Shown one piece after another: positions 60,547 through 64,000 of a stretch of 64,000 nt of DNA. The position numbers were made by a program, and so were the translations under genes. This DNA is from Pirellulales bacterium (lineage in GTDB: Bacteria; Planctomycetota; Planctomycetia; Pirellulales; JAICIG01), in NCBI GenBank assembly GCA_040901675.1, contig JBBDYJ010000001.1, forward strand, positions 154,231 through 218,230, given 5' to 3'. Each line of letters starts with the position of its first letter. Within the stretch, counting starts at the first letter, position 1. The notes under the pieces are model-generated. The model worked only from the letters and a program-made list of their open reading frames with translations. It made no database searches and was not told the origin of the DNA.

Positions 60547-60909
60547 TTATGGGGTCGATCCCTCGTCCCTTCTTCCTTCATCCTTCTGCCTTCTACCTTC
60601 TGCCTCCCCCCTTCGCCATTTCCGCCGCGGCCGCAGCACGGCAAACAACACCAACACCACCAGGGCCAGCGGGATCAGCTTCGGCCGGATGGCAACCAGA
60701 ATCGCGCCGGCCAGCAGAGTTCCCACCAGCCAAGGCTGCAGGCGTCGCGTCTGAGGCAGGGCCAGCCACAGAACGGCCATCACCAGCCCCACCCGCCAGC
60801 ACGCGGTGGCCAAGGTATGCCAGTCGCCTGACGCGCGGCCCAGGCCATGGATGGCGGCCCAGGTGCCCAACAACACAACAGCAATCACGCCGACGGTGGG
60901 CCGGTGCAT
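60547..60909 (-). CDS. Small membrane hypothetical protein
   Basis: Hydrophobic segments; RVGLVMAVLWLALPQ. Confidence 0.7.
   Translation of the reverse strand: MHRPTVGVIAVVLLGTWAAIHGLGRASGDWHTLATACWRVGLVMAVLWLALPQTRRLQPWLVGTLLAGAILVAIRPKLIPLALVVLVLFAVLRPRRKWRRGEAEGRRQKDEGRRDEGSTP
60564..60612. repeat. Pyrimidine-rich heptamer repeats (TCATCCT/TCTGCCT/TCTACCT)
   Basis: cttcatccttctgccttctaccttctgcct. Confidence 0.65.
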
Positions 60910-60979
60910 CAGGCCTTTATCGACGATTGCTCGCTGGCTGACAAGCGGCGGCTTGATTGCCTGGCCGCTGGCGCTTGGC

Positions 60980-62452
60980 TCAGTGCATCCCATAAAATGC
61001 GACCGGCACGGATCCCTGGCACGGCCTGCCCAGGTTGACGAAGCGCGCCTCGCGCACGCTCACTTCGTCGATCACGATCAATTGGACGTTCAGCCTGCCC
61101 CAGCGGCTGGCGTACTGCCCCAACGTCTTGCCCACGTTGCTGGTCGCCAACAGCACGAAAGGCCGGTCAGGCGGAAACCGGCACTCCGTCAGCGCCTGGG
61201 CCAGCCGTGCGCCAAGCTGCTTGATCGGCTGCGACTCGGCCGGCCCGCAATCGACTTGCAGGCAGGCCCCCTGGCCGGCGGCCTTGGCCAATTCGACGAG
61301 CGCGCGGATCTCCGTCTCCGAGGCGTCCCACCTCAGCGTTCCAAGGATCGGCAGGTCCGACAGAGGCAGCCGGCTGGAATCGGGCAGAAACAAGGTCGAG
61401 CCGGAAACCTCTACGTTGTGGATGGTCAGGCCGACCAGCGTGGCCCGCCCCTGGTTGGCTGGCACGTGCGTCGTCAGCGAGCGGGAGAGAATTGGCGATT
61501 GCGTGATTCGGCGGGCCAGATCGATGCCCAGGTCTCCATACGCGGTCGTGCCCGGCAGCGGCTGGCCCAGGGCGTGCCGGTAGGCCAGCTCGCCCACGCC
61601 TCCGCTGAGCGTGATGATCGCAACCTGGGCCGCGCTGGCTTCCAAATGCATCGGCTCGAACGGAACTTGGACGTGCAGCCGCGCGCACTCCTTTGTAAGC
61701 GGCTCTCCGGCGATCACGTCTTCCAACATCGTCACGTAGAAATCGACCACCGATTCGATCTCATGATCGTCCAGGACGTCGCCTGGTCCCTTGTGGATGC
61801 CGAGGTGCTTCACCAGTTCGCTGCCATATCGCGACAGGCCGTTCAATCGGTACCCGCCCGGTTCGAACGTGACATGCCGGGCGCCGACGTAATACCAGCC
61901 CACCCGGCTCACCTGGCCGTCGCGGCCCGCGGCCAGGTTGGTCGTGCCGCCTCCGATGTCGAGGTTCACCAGCGGCGTGCCCGGCTCGGCGTGCGACAGG
62001 TCCAGGCAGTTGCCCATGAACGCCAGCCACGATTCCAGGCGCGGGTCGTCCGCAGTGGCAATCAGCGCATCGCCACAGCGCGATCGGACCAGGTGGGCGA
62101 CGCGGCCCGCGTTGGCCCTCTGCGCCGCCAGGCCGGTGACCACGGCCCCGCCCGAGGCGATCCGCCCGCGCTCGATCCCCGCTGCGGCCATCCATTCGTC
62201 GAGATACCGGCCCAGCCGTTCTTCGTCGAGCCGCTCGCCTTCCAGCGGCGTGAACACCACGGGCGAGCGGTAGTGGGTGACCATCTCTCCCAGTTCCATC
62301 CGCCCGGTGACACAATTGCGCAGCAGCCGCCCCCGCGCCACCAGCGCGCTGGTCGTCGTGGAGCCGAAGTCGAGTCCCACCAGCCACACGCTGTCTGTAC
62401 TGTCGGGCTGCACGAAATTGCTCTCCACGAAGTCAGGCAGGAGCGACTCCAT
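60980..62452 (-). CDS. eutA: Ethanolamine ammonia-lyase reactivating factor EutA-like ATPase
   Basis: VGLDFGSTTT, YRSPVVFTP, GGAVVTG, LES, NLDIGGGTTN, SGGVGE, YGDLGI, RATLVG, EVSGST. Confidence 0.8.
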   Translation of the reverse strand: MESLLPDFVESNFVQPDSTDSVWLVGLDFGSTTTSALVARGRLLRNCVTGRMELGEMVTHYRSPVVFTPLEGERLDEERLGRYLDEWMAAAGIERGRIASGGAVVTGLAAQRANAGRVAHLVRSRCGDALIATADDPRLESWLAFMGNCLDLSHAEPGTPLVNLDIGGGTTNLAAGRDGQVSRVGWYYVGARHVTFEPGGYRLNGLSRYGSELVKHLGIHKGPGDVLDDHEIESVVDFYVTMLEDVIAGEPLTKECARLHVQVPFEPMHLEASAAQVAIITLSGGVGELAYRHALGQPLPGTTAYGDLGIDLARRITQSPILSRSLTTHVPANQGRATLVGLTIHNVEVSGSTLFLPDSSRLPLSDLPILGTLRWDASETEIRALVELAKAAGQGACLQVDCGPAESQPIKQLGARLAQALTECRFPPDRPFVLLATSNVGKTLGQYASRWGRLNVQLIVIDEVSVREARFVNLGRPCQGSVPVAFYGMH

Positions 62453-62615
62453 CACTATAGCTGAACGGCGTCCCCTTGTGCCTTCCGTCCTGTGCTTCAA
62501 GTCCGCTGCTAGCGAAACCTCGCGGCGTCGTGGGATGGCCTTCCCAGGCCGTCTGTCCGTTCCGCCCGATATTCGGCCCCGTCGATGACGTCGTCGGAGT
62601 CCATCCAGAACAGCC

Positions 62616-63032
62616 GGACCGCTCGACCTCGGCGATCTGCTGGCCGTTGGAATGGAAGGCGGCCACCTTGGTCACCACGCCCCCCGGATCCGTGTCGCAC
62701 AGGAACATGCCCGACTCGATCTGGTCGAAGGCCGCGAAGTTGGTCACGTTGCCCGACGGGTCCGTTAAAACAAACGTCCAGCTCTCCCGGTCGAAGACCA
62801 GCGTCTGCTTCGAGCCGAAGCGGGCCGTCAGCTCGCCATTGTCCATGTCGAACCAGAGCTGCGCATCGGCCTGTCCCTGGACGACGTAGCCCAGCAACTG
62901 GTCCTGGTCGTCCACGCGCCGCACCAGGTGCGGCCACTCTTGCACTTGCCAGTTCCAGCCCTGGCCGCGGTCTTCCGAGATCGGTGCCAGCGATTCCTGG
63001 TGGACCTGCCGGTGGACGTAGCGGGTCCTTCT
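62616..63032 (-). pseudogene. Probable remnant of an Rhs/YD-repeat protein N-terminal region
   Basis: Open frame RTRYV...RGQGWNWQVQEWP...FVLTDPSGNVTNF...TDPGGVVT with no clear start, abruptly ending in unrelated sequence. Confidence 0.5.
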
Positions 63033-63041
63033 CTACGCCTA

Positions 63042-63731
63042 TTACAGCCATCCGACCAACCGCATTCCAGCCAGTCCGCAAGATGCAACGATCCCGACCC
63101 AATGCAGCACTATGCGTTCACGTTGGCCACGAACATCCGCTATGACGGCTGCGGTTAACAGGCCCACCAACACCAGGTCAGCGAGCGCGGCGAATGCAAT
63201 CGGTTCGATATCCGGTGTTTCCACGTAACCAAAAAACGGCCTGCCAGCTTCTACAAGAGCGAAGGCACTAAGGCACACCCGCCAGCCCCGGCCAACCTTC
63301 GCTCCTCGACTACCAATAAAAAAGACCGCAGCTCCGACAAAGCGAGGAAGAATCTGAAAAATAACCACCGACACTGGATTCGCAACTGTCCACGCACACA
63401 TCACGACCATCAATGGGATACCGTGTCCGAGAACTAACCATTCGCCGGGATCAATGGGGCGCACGCGGCTTCGCGCCCACCCTATCAGTGATACAGCAGT
63501 TCCAAATAAGACGAGGCCGGCGAGCACGACGGATAGTCCCCAAGGAAACAGCCCTACGAGAAGCGCGTCTTCACCTAGTATGAGTCTCGCCCAACCGGCA
63601 TATATTGCGCTAGCAAGCATGTACAGCAGCAAGTGTCCTACACCAAATCCGGCCCGAGCCTCCCGAGGTCGCTGTTGGGCTCCTTCGACCGACTCGCCCT
63701 CACCGTGAGGCCTGGACTCCGGCTCTCGCAT
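63042..63731 (-). CDS. Multi-pass membrane hypothetical protein in lower-GC DNA
   Basis: GGAGG RBS; several hydrophobic helices; visibly A/T-richer codons than flanking genes. Confidence 0.65.
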   Translation of the reverse strand: MREPESRPHGEGESVEGAQQRPREARAGFGVGHLLLYMLASAIYAGWARLILGEDALLVGLFPWGLSVVLAGLVLFGTAVSLIGWARSRVRPIDPGEWLVLGHGIPLMVVMCAWTVANPVSVVIFQILPRFVGAAVFFIGSRGAKVGRGWRVCLSAFALVEAGRPFFGYVETPDIEPIAFAALADLVLVGLLTAAVIADVRGQRERIVLHWVGIVASCGLAGMRLVGWL

Positions 63732-64000
63732 ACGCCCTCCTTCCGTAGGTCTGTATCTACAAATGTAACCCTCTACCCCCAACCGACAGGCTCCTCTTGG
63801 CAGAGCGATCCTCCGCTGACGTCCTTTTAAGCATTGCCCGGAAAATGCCTTCCGCGGAGGTCCGCGCGGATTGGGTAGCTGCGTGCAAAGCGATACGACT
63901 GCCCCATTCGATTGTCAGGAAGCTATTTTCCGGACCGTTCCTTATTGGCTCTTCGGACTTTTAAGTGGGTGAAGGGGCTAGATCCAGGCCTCCGCAGTGG

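Noticed and set aside
63760..64000. Possible toxin C-terminus entering from the right edge
   Set aside because: All three minus frames hit stops within about 80 nt of the edge; no supportable gene call.

Overview
GC-rich bacterial chromosome segment whose gene content points to a Planctomycete (Pirellulales-like; this is inference). It is mostly housekeeping and respiratory genes: ilvE, lolD/lolE-like, lysS, gap, aroA, msrP, mqnA/mqnC, tatD, csrA, hemH, tRNA-Lys(UUU) and tRNA-Glu(UUC). It also carries a complex-I-like nuo operon (I, A, C, D, H, J, K, L, M, N) that has no nuoB/E/F/G here but includes a DUF2203 gene and a ferritin-like gene. The main hidden feature is a gene the ORF track splits in two (15604-17037). 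An in-frame TGA sits at the first Cys position of a thioredoxin W-[C]-x-x-C motif and is followed by a SECIS-like hairpin. This predicts an exported selenoprotein built as signal peptide, UxxC redoxin, TPR, and a DsbD-alpha-like domain. Accessory DNA includes a convergent PaeR7I/XhoI-like restriction-modification pair, an RHH-like gene with a palindromic operator candidate, a short SecA paralogue, an orphan eutA, an Rhs-like remnant next to a lower-GC membrane gene, and many REP-like and STRR-like repeats. All family calls come from motif recognition by eye; no database searches were run.
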